In this document: piece by piece, positions 40,341 to 54,012 of the stretch
Numbering within the stretch: position 1 is the first letter of the stretch
Layout of the letters: each line of letters begins with the position of its first letter
Origin: Monocercomonoides exilis PA203
Taxonomy: Eukaryota > Protista > Preaxostyla
Direction of reading: 5' to 3'
Assembly (NCBI GenBank): GCA_001643675.2
Contig: LSRY02000029.1
Coordinates: 434,001 to 498,000, forward strand
DNA: 64,000 bases
Made by a program: the position numbers and the translations under genes
Notes under the pieces: generated by a model
What the model saw: only the letters and a program-made list of their open reading frames with translations
Database searches by the model: none
Told to the model about the DNA's origin: nothing

Positions 40341-43245
40341 TTATTGACTTGATTTCATCTTCTGCAAATATTGTGTCTGGAGAGACTCAAGCTCTGCATT
40401 GAGATCAGAAATTTGTGATGTGTATCCAGCAGCTTCGTCTCGCACAGCTTTAAGCTCAGAATCGATAACCTGGTTAAAAATAATAATAATTGTGCAATTG
40501 AACATAACATTCAAAATATCATCAAAAATATAAAATATATATAAAAAAAAATAAATAAAAAGAAAGAAAAAAGAAAATAACAGCAAACTTTTAGTCTTCC
40601 TTCCTTTTCCTTCAGCTGTGCGCGTGCCTGCTCCACCTCTTCCTTCAGCTCTCTTCCCGGCTGTTTCTTCAGCAGCGTCGTCAGCTGCGCTGCTGCCTTC
40701 TCCGCCTCGTCAATCATCGACGTCTTTGCTGTCAGCTCATCCGCCACCACAATCAGCTTCTTCTGCAGGATGTGTATTCTGTTGAGGATGTCGATGCATT
40801 CTGGATCAACCGACTCCAATATGCGCCATCTATGCGCATTTATCGGCGCTGCCAGCTCGTCTTCCATTCCTCTGATCTTCAGCTGCTCTGCCCTGATGTC
40901 TGCCTCCAATCTGATTGCCTCCCTCTTCAGCTCGTCCAACAGAGACACTCTCGCTGTGAGTGCATCCACCTGTGCCTTCAGCGCAATCACCCGCTCTTTT
41001 GTGATCTGCATCTGCTCCACCGTCGTGTTGTACTGGTTCTCCCCTTTCTCCAGTGTCGCCTGCTGCAGAATCATCTTCTCATACAGCGACGCCAATTCCT
41101 GGTCTCTTTTAATCAGCTGCGCACTCAGCACCTGCCTCTCTCCCATCACGTGCTTGTACTCCTCCTCTTCCCTGTGCATCTGTGCTTCAGACGTCGCAAT
41201 GATCTGCTGCAGCTGCTTAATCTGGTCTTTATGTCCATTCACCGTTTCCTCTGCCACTGCCAGTTGTGCCTCGTACTCAACCACTTTCTTCCGCAGCACT
41301 TTTGCCGACGCCACAATCTGGTCAAGCTTCATGTTCTCCTCCAGCAGCGCCTTGTCTGACTGCTTGATTGTCTCCTTCAGCTGCGTGATCTCTTGCTCCA
41401 GCGCAACAAACTTCGCCTGCTGCTCCTGGTTCGACTCCTGCGCGCTGATCAGCCTCCTGCTCCCCAAGTTCCGCTCTGTCTGGACTGTCTCCAGAAGCGT
41501 CTGCTGTTGCCGCAGCTTCGCCGCCTGCTCGTCCACACTCAGCTGCGCCTTGGTGATCACCTCCATCTTCCCGTCCTTCGCCTTCGTCTGCTGCGTCAGC
41601 CAGTCCTGCGCCTCCCTCAGATGGCCCTCGTATTTGCCTTTCTCTGCCTCAAACTGCTCAATCTCCCTCTTCAGCTTCTCCAGGTCTCCCTTCGCATTCG
41701 CAATGTGCGACTCCACAAACCGCTTCTCCATCAGCGCCAGCTCTTTCAGCTCTTCTTTCTTCTTTGTCTCCTGCGCATCACTCACCACTTTCTTCTGCAG
41801 CAGCAGCAGCTTCTTCTCATACGTCTCCACCAGCAAGCGAGCATCCTTGTTCGCCCTCTCCTGCGCCTCCAGCTCTTCCTCGTAGTTGTGCAGCTGGTCA
41901 CGCTCTTTGATCCTCTCCTTCTCCAATTCTGCCCTTCGTGCCTCCACCTGCTTCAGCTGCTGTGTCATTCTGTCCTTTGATCGCCTACACTCCGCCGTCT
42001 GCTGCTGCGTCTCCGCTATCTTCTTCCGCACTTCCCCTATCTCCTTCATCACACTGTCGTTCTCTGCACGCAGCTGCGCCACACGCTCTTTCTCCCGCTT
42101 CAGATCAGCTTCAGCCTTCGCCTTCTGCTCCTGCACTGCCACAATCTCCTGCTGTTTCTTCTCAATGTCTGCATTGTGCGAGCTCACCACACCAGCCATT
42201 TGCGAAATGCTGGCTGTCACAGCTGCTGCCTCCTTCTGCTCGTTGACAATGAGAGAGTTGATCTCGTCGATTTCGTGCTTCAGCCGCTTCGCCTCTTCGT
42301 CTGCTCGTATCTTCCTCTGCTTCTGCACTTCAATCTCCTGCCGCTTGTCATCACTTTGCCTTTCCACGCCTTCAATCTGCTTTTTCACTCCTTGAACATC
42401 CTGACGAAGACGCACATTACGTTCGGTTGCTTCTCCTTGATCTTTCCGCGAGTCATTAAGCTTTTTGAAAATAGCATCTCTATCTATATTCACATTGGAA
42501 TGAATCCAATAATGCAATTGACAAAAAAATAAATACGATTCGTTACATAATAATGTTTTAAAACCTTTAATAAGTTGTGCCTTTTTGGCTGTAAGCTCGG
42601 AGAGAGTTCGCTTATATTCTCCAGATAACTCTGGTCCACTTGCAAGAAGTTTTGATCTGTCAGCTAAGTCCAGTTTTAATTGATCTGTTGCTTCTTTCAA
42701 ATAAACCGTATGAGCTTTGGCCTCATCAAGTGCTTTTTGCAATGCTTCTTTTTCCTGCAAAACAAAAATTGAATAAAGTATTAAAATTACAGTTATTGAA
42801 AAGTTTTAATACCTTTTGAAAAGTCTCAATCGTCCCTGAATCTTCAATTGCAATATTCATTGCTGATTGGATCTTCAGAACAGCTCTTTTCCGATCCGCA
42901 ATTAATATTTTGCATCGTTGAACAAGTCTCATCTCGCTTTCGTGTCCTTTTTTCATAGCTTTCGCAAGCTTTTCATATTCAGCAAGAAAACCATTTAAAG
43001 CAGAAATTTTCCTTAATTCTTCAAGTGTCTATAAACACATTCGAACAGTGATAGTTCATATTTTATAAATGATAGAATAACGATTAATAAGTGCGATTGA
43101 CGTTAATGAAATGAAAATCAGTCAAAATATATAATGAAATATTCAATGGCATCAAAATAAAGCAATATACCTCTTGACTATCTCTTTCTAATGCCTCATA
43201 TTGTAATGGATCAAAAACAAGATCTTCAATCTTGTCTTCTTCCAT
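40341..43245 (-). CDS. CFAP58: Cilia/flagella-associated coiled-coil protein CFAP58 (CCDC147/FAP189-like), 5 exons
   Basis: N-terminal YEALERDSQE..EYEKLAKAMKKGHESEMRLVQRC, internal ERQVLSAQLIKRDQELASLYEK..TLEKGENQY and PINAHRWRILESVDP..IHILQKKLI match CFAP58 blocks. Confidence 0.85.
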
Positions 43246-43738
43246 TTCTCACTGGTAAATAACAAAAACAAATTAACGTTTTATACCATAATGTATTTTT
43301 TCATTAATTTATTAAAATTTGTGATTAACATATCACCATATAAGATATTGAGAATAGTAATCTATCATATTTATTTTAGAAAAAATAAAAAGATGAAGTA
43401 ACCAATTCATCAATATTTCCAATAAATTAAAAATTATTTTTTATATTCTTCATTTTTGAGTTGAAAATTTTCTTCATTATAAATATAAGATTAATATATT
43501 TTCAGAAAAGTTTTTTCCTTACCTTTTTTTAATAATTTTTTGTTTCAAAAACTTTCATCACAAGTATTTGGAAATGATTAATATTTCTTGACATACAATT
43601 TTTGAATCCAATGTCTTTCAATAATAACAGTTGTTTGCGCTTCTTTTAATTGATCGCAAGAAAAGATAAAATATATGTGAACAATTTCAAAACTGAATTA
43701 TCAAATACATATTGTGGTTACATGTCAAATATTTATTT

Positions 43739-46700
43739 ATGCATATAAAGCGGGTACGTTGCAATTAGAAATTATTTCGAACATGAATATGTTACATTTT
43801 AAATTGTTTTTAAGGTTATCATCAGAGGATTTAAGAGCTATAAGGAACAAGTGGATTTTGAAGAATTTTCTCCTGGAGTAAATATCATTGGTTCGCGAAT
43901 TTATTTACTTTTTAAAATATTAATGATGTATTTTATTTTTTCTTGTTGCGCGCGGTATTTTATTGATTTTTATAATTTGAACGGGTTTTGATTCATAATT
44001 TACTAAAAACATAGTTGGGCGAAATGGCTCTGGAAAGTCGAATTTTTTTGAAGGTTGGCATTTTTTTTGAAAATTATTACATCATAAAATGCGAAAATTT
44101 CATATTTTCAAATAATTTATTCAATTTGTCAAAATATTTTGTTTGCAACAGCAATTCAATTTGTTCTTGGAGATGAGGATTCAATTATATCTCAAGAAGC
44201 GAGTCATAGATTTCATCATGTATGCTTCATCATCTATAATTCGATTTTATTTATGAAATAAAAAAATACCATCAAACTTTAAAGGATGGCATCGGAGGAC
44301 CAGTTCAAAGAACAATTGTTGAAATTTTCTTTGACAATGTTGAAAGGAGAATGCCAGTTTGTGATTTTTCTTTACAAGGAAAAACTATTTCATATTTTTA
44401 ATGGAATTCTTAAGATTGAGAAGGATGAAGTTATTGTTAGAAGAGAAATGGGTTTCAAAGACAATGATTATTTTATTGATAATAAGCACGTACCGTATGA
44501 GAAATATTATTAAGAACAAAGTTAAGGAATGCAACGTTGATGATTGCTTTTATCTTGTATTTTTTTTTAGAAAAGAAGATGTTATTAATTTGCTGGAAAG
44601 TGCTGGAATTTCTCATTCAAATCCTTTTTTTATTGTTCCCCAAGGAAAGGTTGGAATAATTTGTGTTATAAATGCTGATTTTAAAAACTTGATTGTGCAT
44701 GCACTTTTTTTAATTTTTAAGATAACTGAACTTGCAATGATGAAAAGCTCAGCTCGTCTTGCTCTTTTAAAAGAAATTGCAGGAACAAGAATTTACAATG
44801 AAAAAAAAGCAGAATCTCAACGACTGATAAATGAAGATGGTATGCTATTAAAGATAAATATTTTAATTACAATATTAATTAATTGATGAATTATTTTGTT
44901 AATATTTTTCTTTTTCTTTTCTATTTTATAGAAAAGCGATTAGAAGGTATTGAAGAATCTCTGGCTCAGTTGGACGAGAAATTAGAATCATTGGCAGAAG
45001 AAACAAAAGAGCTGAGAGAGTTTCAAAAGGCAGATGCATCCTGTCGAAGGCTGGAATCAGAGATTATGGAAATGGAATTGGAGGTTGTTGGTGCGCAGCT
45101 CACAGACATTACGTCTCGAGAGAACCAGACCTCGACTGAGGTCGAAGAGAGGCAAAAAGCAGAGGCGAAGATAAGCGCAGAAGTGTTGAGACTGCGAGAG
45201 GAAAGAGCTGAGCTTTCGAAGCAGGCTGATGCGCTGCAGAAGAAGCTGAGCAATGAACAGGAGAATCAGATGAATTTGGTCGCGACGAAGGGAAGATTGG
45301 AATATGAGTTAAATGAAACAGAAGAGTTGATTTCTGAAGAAGAGGCAGAAATGGCGAAACTGTTGAAAGAAGAGAAAGAAAAGAAGGCAGAAAAGGAGCG
45401 AATGGAGAAAGAGATGGTTGAACTTGCACAGCAGATTGAATCACTTCAACAGGAAGAAAAGAAGATTCGAGGGGACGTCGAAGACAAAGAACAGCAAGTG
45501 CGACTTTTGGTGTCAAAGGAAGCGAGAGGAAAGAAGTTTGGGTCGAAAGCAGAGAGAGATCGGTGGATAGAAGGGGAGCTGAAGGAGATTGTGAGAGAAC
45601 TCAAAGAGAAGAGGCAAGCATTGGAGCGCGCAGAACGAGAAACGAAAGAAATGCGAGTGCGCATTGAACAAGTGAAGAAAGAGAAAGAAGCTGCGGACAA
45701 GGCGATGGTGGAGCTGAAGGGACAGGAAGGAAGATTTGCTGCAGAAAGAGAGAAAGCAAAGGCGGGTATTTCTCGTCTGGTGACTGAAAGAAAAGAGAAA
45801 TGGAGGCGCGAAGCTGATCTTGTTCTCGGAATGGAGCAGCTGAGCGATGAGATTGTGCGACTGGACAGAATGAGCGAAGGACGAATGAACAAATATCAGT
45901 CGCAGGGCATTCGGCTGATCCGGCAGTGGATGCAGGACGAACCAGAGCTGAAGAACAAAGTGTTTGGCCCATTGTGCGATCTCATAACTGTCAAAGAAGC
46001 TGATCAAATAGCTATTGAAATCATTGCAGATACAAGGTTTGATTGCTGAATTTTATTGCCATTCAATTCCTCCCCCTCCTTTTTTTTTCATTGAACATTT
46101 AAATAATATTGTGCTCACAATTCATTTGTATATAAATTGTTGATGATATTCATTTTTATTCATTGTTTCATTTCAGTCTTTTCAATGTTGTGGTTGACAG
46201 TCCACTAACAGCTGCAGAGCTTGTTCGCCGTCTGAAGGCAAACGACACCGGAGGTGTTTCATTCATCCCACTTTCAACCATCAGACCACGCAAAGTGGAA
46301 ATGCACCCGTACATTCTGCCTGGAGACGCTGTTTTGGCCTCTTCGTGTGTAGAAACTGCCCCACAAATCAAGCCAGCTGTGGAACTTGTGTTTGGGCAGA
46401 CGCTCATTGCGCGTGACATGGATGTTGCATCGACGATATCCAAGACACACAACATCGACTGCTGCACACGCGAAGGGCTGCAGACAAAGAAAGACGGCGC
46501 TCTGAAAGGAGGATACTTCGATCCCACACATTCTGTGCTGCATTCAATTAAAAAGAAGTCGGACATGCAGAAGAAGACGGTGGAAGGCAAAGAAGAGCTG
46601 GAGACAGTTCGAGCAGAGCTGAAGGAGAAAGAGGCTGCGCTTTCGTCAGCTTCACAAGAAGAGCAGAGAATTGAAAGAGAATGGACTGAGTGGAGAAGAA

Positions 46701-47488
46701 AAGTTGAAGATGCATCCAGAGAAGACAGAAAACTGTCAACAGAACTCGAAGTGCTGGAGGCGAAAATTAAAGATATCGTTTGCGAAATTTAATTTTTGAA
46801 ATTTAAAACATCAAATTCTAATCTTTTTTATTAAATTATCTGATAAAATCTCTTTTTTAATTAATTTTTCTAAAATTTAATATTTCCTTTTCTTTTCAGA
46901 CTTCAGAAACAGCTTCTCTTTCTTCCTCTATTCTTCGCCTTTCAGCGAAAGAGACATCTCTTCGAGCTGAACGTGCCTCAGACACTGTCGACACGCTGTC
47001 CTCTGCTGAGCGTGTTTCTGTGAGTGTGCTGTCGTCTGAGCTGCCTGCGCTGCGGGAGTCTCTCCTGGCTGTCACAAAGAAGCGCCAGCGGATGGAGGCG
47101 CAGTCAACAGGCATCACACTGCGGCTGAAGACGAGCATCGACGGGAGGCTGAGGGAGGTCAGAGAGCGCCTGTCGTCGATCAGCGGAAACAGAAGGAAAG
47201 ACAGACTGGCTGAGCTACAGAAGGAGGCAGTCGAGGCAAACACGAACGTGCTGAATGGGCAGAAGCTTATCGAAGAGCTGGGCGAGGCTGTGGATGCTGC
47301 AATGATGAAAGAGCACAATCTTCTTGTGACTGAAGACGAAGCATCGCATCGCTGGGAGAATGCGAAATGGAAGGTGAGCGAAGTTGAGGCAAAAGCTTCG
47401 CGTTTGAGAGCTGAAAAGCAGTCGCTTGAAAACAGACAAAAGGAATACTCGCGAAGACTCCGCGATCTCAGAGTCGTTTCCACATCAG

Positions 47489-47519
<31 letters not shown>

Positions 47520-48858
47520 TGCGTCATCTTCTTCTTCTGCAAGTCAATCATCAACTTCTTCTCAAATGATCGACGATTCGATGGCTGGAGAGATGCATCC
47601 AATTGAATTTTCACCTCAGCTTCTGAAAGAGAAATATCGCGAGCTGCATGCAGCACAACAGAAAGTGAGGCAGTTCAGCAAAGTCAACAAGAAGGCGCTC
47701 GAAGTTGAAGAGTCGCTGAAAGAGGAAAGGAGAGAAATGGAAGGCAGGAGAAAAGAGCTGATCGCTGGACTGGATGCTATCAAGGAACTGGGGAAGCAGC
47801 TGGAGAAGAAGAAGAAAGAGGCGCTGACGATGACGATGAAGACAGTTGCACACCACTTTCGTGAGATTATGCGGGAGTTTGTGGATGGAGGCAGAGGAGA
47901 GCTGACGCTGCTGAGAAAGCGCAAAGATAAGTCTGATGAAGAAGGAAGCGAGGAGCGAAACGAAGAGGAGACTGGAAAGATACAAAAAGAAAAAGGCAAA
48001 AAAGCTGGCTCGAAAAAGAAGAAAGGAAAAGAAAACGCAAAAAGAGAAGATGAAAACGACGATGAAGTGATTGAAATGACAGTCAAGCCACTGGAACAAA
48101 AGGAAATAAAGAAGGCGAACAAGAAGAGAGGGCAAATGGAAGTTGATGACGATGAAAGTGAAGAAAAAGAAGCACCCAAAAGAAAAGGAAGAAGGAAGCA
48201 AAAAGCTTCTTCTTCCTCATCTTCTTCGAATGTGATTGATATTGATGATGAAGATGAAGAAGGAGATGAAAAAGCGGATGAGGACAACGACGAATATGAA
48301 GACATTGGCGTTTCGCTTCGTGTTTCCTTCGGAGGAGGCGGAAATGCTCAGTCTATTTCTGCGCTTTCTGGTGGGCAGAAGACGATGGCAGCTGTTGCGC
48401 TGATGTTTGCCATTCAGCGCACAGATCCTGCTCCTTTCTATCTTCTCGACGAGATCGATGCAGCACTCGACGCGTCGTTCCGCTCGCGGGTGGCACATCT
48501 GATGACTACCATCGCCGAAAGTGGTGTGCAGTTTGTGGTGTGCTCGTTTAAGCCTGAGCTTGTTGCAGTCGGAAATTCATTCTACAAAGTGACGTATGAG
48601 TCACGCATTTCGCGGATTGACATGATTACAAAGGAAAAGGCACTTCAGTTTGTTGGAAAAGAAGGTGGGGGAGAAACTAAAACACGCGAACAAAGCGAAG
48701 CTGAGGGTGGCAGAGGCAAAGAAATGGATGAGGAAGAGCAGAGCGAAGATGAAGGAGACGAAGAAGGAGAAGACGACGATGAGGAAGTTGCCAGGCGCAA
48801 AGACGTGAGAGCTGGCTTGCGTGGAGGATATTCTGACAATCACTCAGAGGACGAGTAA
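43739..48858 (+). CDS. SMC3: Cohesin subunit SMC3, 11 exons
   Basis: [14 protein letters not shown], Walker [45 protein letters not shown], hinge GX6GX3GG ([15 protein letters not shown]), [34 protein letters not shown]. All ten junctions are GT-AG and in phase. Confidence 0.95.
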
Positions 48859-49864
48859 GATTATAAATTATAATTTTTATTAAAAAAGAATAAAAATGTT
48901 TTTTTTATATTTTTTAATTGTAATTTACTCATCATTTTTATCAATTAATATTTCACTTGTTTTCTTTTAAGGTAGTCGTCGTTTTTATCCTTCCTCTTAA
49001 TGCTTCAATTGCTTTCATTGTCTTCTCGTGAACTTCAAATAATGTTATTTATAAATCTGCGATTGTGTTTGAATGCTTTCTTCTTCGTTTTCCTTTTTCT
49101 TCACTTCCAAGCCTTCCTCTTTGTTTTAATGTTGCAAGGAATTCTCAATACTCTTAATAATTTATAAAGCCTTTGAACTTGTAAAATGCTATGATGTTAA
49201 ACATTCTTCAATCTTTTGCGTCAGTATTTGTGAATGCGGAGGATACTGACATCAAAAGAAGGGAACATACGGCTGAAATGATACAGAACAAAATGAAAAG
49301 CAAACTGCGAAATAAAAATGAAGCAACTTCATTTTTCAAACAGAAAAACACAATTTATTTTATCACACTAAGCAACCAAATAACTGAAAGCATTATACTT
49401 TAAATTGTTCAAAATTTGTATATCATTGGAGTGTGCAACTTCAAAAAAAACAAAGACTTTATTTGAATAATAATAATGTTAAAAAAAACATATCAAGAAA
49501 CAATCTACATATAAAAATGTAATGCAATGTAATGTAATTCTACGGCCATTGGAGCCTTGCTACACAAATGAATAGTTCACCAAAACAGAAAAGACGAAAG
49601 AAAAGCAATTGAGTTAATCTGTCAATTAACCAACAAAGATGAATAATTATGAAACTACAACGATTACAGATGTGGAGTATCATCAAGAAATAAGCAATTG
49701 ATATTTCAGAGTTCCTGAAATAAGCAGATTTGATAGACGTTTGAAACATGCCATATAAATCATATGCAAACGAAAGCTGAAGTCATCAACAAGAAATGAA
49801 AATTCTAAAACTATCTGAGACATTTTTTGAAAGGCAATGATATGATTCTCTCAAGATTGTTTTT

Positions 49865-51004
49865 CTATTCATAACAGACAAAGATATTCATTAAGAAAAA
49901 CACCACCCAGCTGTATCTCTGGTGCCGACAGAAAACGTACCACCAACTTTTGTGGCTTTTTTGACTCCAACTTTGTATTATTTTCGGATGAAAAAATTTT
50001 TTTTAATTAATATTCGAATCAAAACTCATCATAAATAATTGTATATAAATTACAAAGCAAACCAGAAGAAGGTAGTCTATAAGATCCCACACCAGGCGAA
50101 ACGGTTTTGCTTACGAAATGTTTTTGCCGATCGTCAGATGGAAAGAACGGGGTGCGAGCTCTATTCAGAATGAATTTTTCAATAAAAATCACAATAAATA
50201 ACATGTAATCAAAGAATTTAAAGAATGAGCATTCATTTTCAATGTATTAGAAGAATTTGCATTATGTTCAAACCTTTGCGTTGTGGAGACAACAGTTGGT
50301 GGAGGTAGTGAATGGTATTCACCGTCAAAAGGTGTCCTCTGAATGCACCAATCTTTTCGCGCATCTTTTGGAAATGCTATTTTTGGTTGTGACCATTTTG
50401 TTGAAGAACTATCAATTACGGGATCATATGCAGGTCCTTTTGTAATTGTCTTTGTCACAAAGTACTTTTGTCGATCGTCATGAGGGAAAACTGTCGAAGG
50501 CATTCGAATGTGTGTAAAATTAGCGGAAGAAGACGGATCATATATTGGCCCAGGTGATCGCTCTTTTCTCACAACATAGCGATTGTGACTAAATATTCGA
50601 AAAAATTGCAAAATATTTTGCAAAAATGCTCAAAATTTAAATAAATTCTTAAAAAATGTTGCATTCAAACAAATCTTCATCTTCTTTAAGTGTATGACTC
50701 ATAGATTGTCTGGTTATTGCTCTTCGAGAAGATCTTGAAATTGAAGAACGCCTCATCAATGTCTGAGTTTTTGTTGTTTGACTAAGTCTTTTTGATGGTG
50801 ATGCTCTTGATATTGAATTTGATGTACTGATTGAGCGTCGATAAATTGGTTGTGTCTTTGAAAATCTAGAATAATATCGAGGAGATTCTTGTGATCTTTG
50901 TAATTAAAAAAATGAAAAGAAAAGAAAATTCAAGAATAGAGTGCTTTTTGTTTAAAGTTTATATCCTCAAACTGATCTATTATATCTTCATCGTAAAAAG
51001 ACAT
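49865..51004 (-). CDS. SHIPPO/sperm-tail PG-rich repeat (ODF3-like) axonemal protein, ~5 exons; 3' end uncertain
   Basis: Repeated SPGPIYDP / TKGPAYDP / SPGVGSY units separated by P...FP.D.R motifs; ATG at 51004 is joined through phase-compatible GT-AG introns. Confidence 0.65.
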
Positions 51005-51339
51005 GCTATGAGTGATATTCTTAAAGAAAAAGTCAATTATCCAAGTTTGATATGATCACATGTGTAATAAATAATTCATTTCGTTTGGAGTGTATTTTCG
51101 AAACTGGAAGAAGTTCGTTATAGTCAAATTTTTTTATTATTCAAAGATTATTTTGGTAGAAGAGATTATAACCATAGGATTAGAAAAATAAATGAACGAA
51201 ATATCGAGTTATCCAAATATCAAAATTCGAAAAAAAAACCCTTTCACAAAAATACTCAATTATTTGTTGAATTGTGAAATGATGAGAAAAGAAAAACTAT
51301 ATATTTTTTGAATTGCAAAGCTCGAAGCATTTCGTTATC

Positions 51340-52110
51340 TCGTGTATTCACAAAATAATCCGTTAAATGTAATGATAATGCCGGATAATACTGTTGGCTG
51401 AAGTAATCAAATGTTTCAAGAAAGTATGTAACAATGTCTTTGTGTCCTTCTTTTTCCAAATTTCCAAATTTCTTGCTTTTGGTTGCCTTTCTTTTCGCTT
51501 CTTCTTTTTCATCTTTCTCCTCGTCTTTTAGTCTTTCTGAAATATTCGTAAAGAATCGCAAGCAAAGAAATTCTGTTTTGTAATTCAGTTTTGATCGATG
51601 AATCTCCTTCAAAACAGCATCAATAGCTCTGCTCTTCAGCAATGCATTAATCTTCACATTTCTTTTTTCCGTTGTCTTTTCCAATGCATCAATGCTCCGA
51701 TAGCAAATATCTTTGCAATAATCTTTTGATGCTCGACACACCTGAACAATGCTGCTGAAAAGCCTAACAAAATCTTCATTCCACAACCGACTGTTCCTAA
51801 AGTAAAAAGAGAGTGTTTGGAGCCATCTCAATAAAACAAGCTCTTCTTTGTTTTTCATTTCTTTTTTCCTCTCCTTTTCCTCTCTTCCAATTCACTCATT
51901 TAATCAGCGATTCCAATTCTCTTGTTGCTTCTCTTGTAAAACGAAGTTCGTTCACAATGTCACCTTTCAAACTTTTATCACTCCAAAGTCGGAAAATCAA
52001 AAATTCCCAGCAGCACTGATACACAAAACGAGTCAGTTGCGATGTTCCTGATGGTACTCGGCAATCACTTTTGTTTTATCAAGGTAAAGTTCATTTTTTA
52101 AAGCCCTAAA
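51340..52110 (-). pseudogene. Disrupted, 5'-truncated paralog of the 59457-61230 family
   Basis: ELYLDK..YHQEHRN / WEFLIFRL / LLRWLQT / AIDAVLKEIHR / EKEGHKDIV align to 60154-61230, but need a frameshift after HRN, contain an in-frame TGA and need a second frameshift. Confidence 0.75.
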
Positions 52111-52199
52111 CATTCAAAAAAAAAAATGATAAATAAAATTAAAAAAATAGAAGAATCAAAAAAAGAAACAAGCCAGATTCTTTCAGTTTTGTTTGTTCT

Positions 52200-53141
52200 G
52201 ATGTGCTCAAATCGCTTCGTCCAAATGCAAAACAAGTATTGTCATAGTAGTTAGTTCCCTTGGTCGCTGTTATTGTTCCTGCTTGTGTATCGATGTCCTT
52301 CACCAATTATGGAATTAGTTTGGTATACAATGGCTGATAGTTTCACAATGACGAGATCCATTTAACCCTTATGCAAACTTTTCTTGAATATCTAGCTGCG
52401 TTTCTTTCGAGGAAATATATCCTGTTCGTCCAAATTCATTTCTGGCAATTTCTTTTTCAACTGCTTCAACAAACATTTCTCCAAATTGTTTGTTGTTTAT
52501 TCCGGGCAATGGTAACTTAAGCCTATGCTATCTTCTGTTGATTCATGAAGAACAATATCTTTTCCTCCATTTCGTTTGCATTGCTGTGGGAAAGGCAGTG
52601 GAAAATCGAATCCCTTTATTAAATCAGTTTGTTTGTTGGTAAGCTGCAATCGCGCAACGGAAATAGAAACAAATTAAAAACACATAGTTTGTGACGATTA
52701 CTTAGCCAGAAGAATTCCATTGTTCTATTACTTTTCTTCAAATTTCTTCAGAGCTAAGTGACCTTCAATTCATTAAAAATATTTCCTAATTCATTCTTTT
52801 TGTTATTTATTTATTATTGAATATTGATCAATTGACCCTTCGACATTTTTGGAAGAATAGTTTCGTAAAGAACAAAGGTTAACCATCGGCTGATTATGAA
52901 CATTCTTTAATTGAACGCTTCCTCTTTCGAAATCCTTCGTAGCCATTGCAAAATATTGAGAAAACGATTTGTGAGAAACAAAACATTTGGCTATTTTCAA
53001 GACATAAATTCTTTCGCCTTTTGTTGAAGAAACTTTGCATCTTGTGAATGAAGAATTACCAAAGGTCAGAATTTCATTTGCATTATTTTGCACATAAAGC
53101 GCATCCCCACGTGGAACGATCCCGGAAATATATTCGCACAT
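52200..53141 (-). pseudogene. Degenerate fragment of a beta-helix (GGA[LI]Y / FxxC repeat) surface-protein family
   Basis: RGDALYVQ..NSSFTRCKVSSTKGERIY pattern in ORF 52803-53141; neighbouring sequence looks coding but is broken by stops. Boundaries approximate. Confidence 0.35.
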
Positions 53142-54012
53142 CTAAAAAGAATTGTCTTTCAGTTGTATTAAATTATAAACTTTTTTTCATAAGGTTTTTT
53201 TTATTCTCTTTTGCTGAAGTGTGAATTTGTTTACAATTTGAATTGAATTGATTGGGAATTGTGGATATCTTTGAAACTGTAATAAGAAAAACCATCTTGC
53301 TATTTCAAATCGGAAATTCCAAAGACATCCTGCACTTCAAATGTCTTGTCAAATAGCAGCATGCCAAAAAAATTAGAAATGCAGTATCACAAGAAAAACA
53401 ATATTCGAACTGATCGAAAAACATATTTAAAGTTATTTTGGGATATTTTTTTCATTTTTTTTTTTTTTAACATTGCTATCAAAGATCATCTGTTTAAAAA
53501 TTCTTTTATTCATTGGATCGGAAAAATGAATATCATGGATTTTTCTATGTGTGTAAAGCGATTTTATAAACAAGATTTTAAAAATTTTGAGCAAATGATT
53601 GAGAAATAACATTAACTGATCGACCAATAGTTTCACATAAAAGTATGTGTTGTAGAGGCTCAATTGCAATGCACTGAGCCTATAATTAATTATTGACCTC
53701 CTCGGATAAAAAATCGTTGAATGATCACCACCCATAGATATTATATCAATATCTGAAATAAGCTCCTTTTATAAAAATAAAACTTTTAAATAAAGATTTG
53801 CATTTGCGTTTTGAAAAGTGTGAAATATTGAACTCCATTTTATCCCAATGAATTCATTTTTTTGCACTTATTTTTTCGTGTGCTTGAATTAGTAAAGATG
53901 GATCAATTGTCAAATGAATTGAAACTTGAGAAAAGCATTTTAGAGAAATGTTTGCCTCTTTTATGAATTTAAAATTTCTTAAAATTTGATGATATTGAAA
54001 AACATCATTGAA

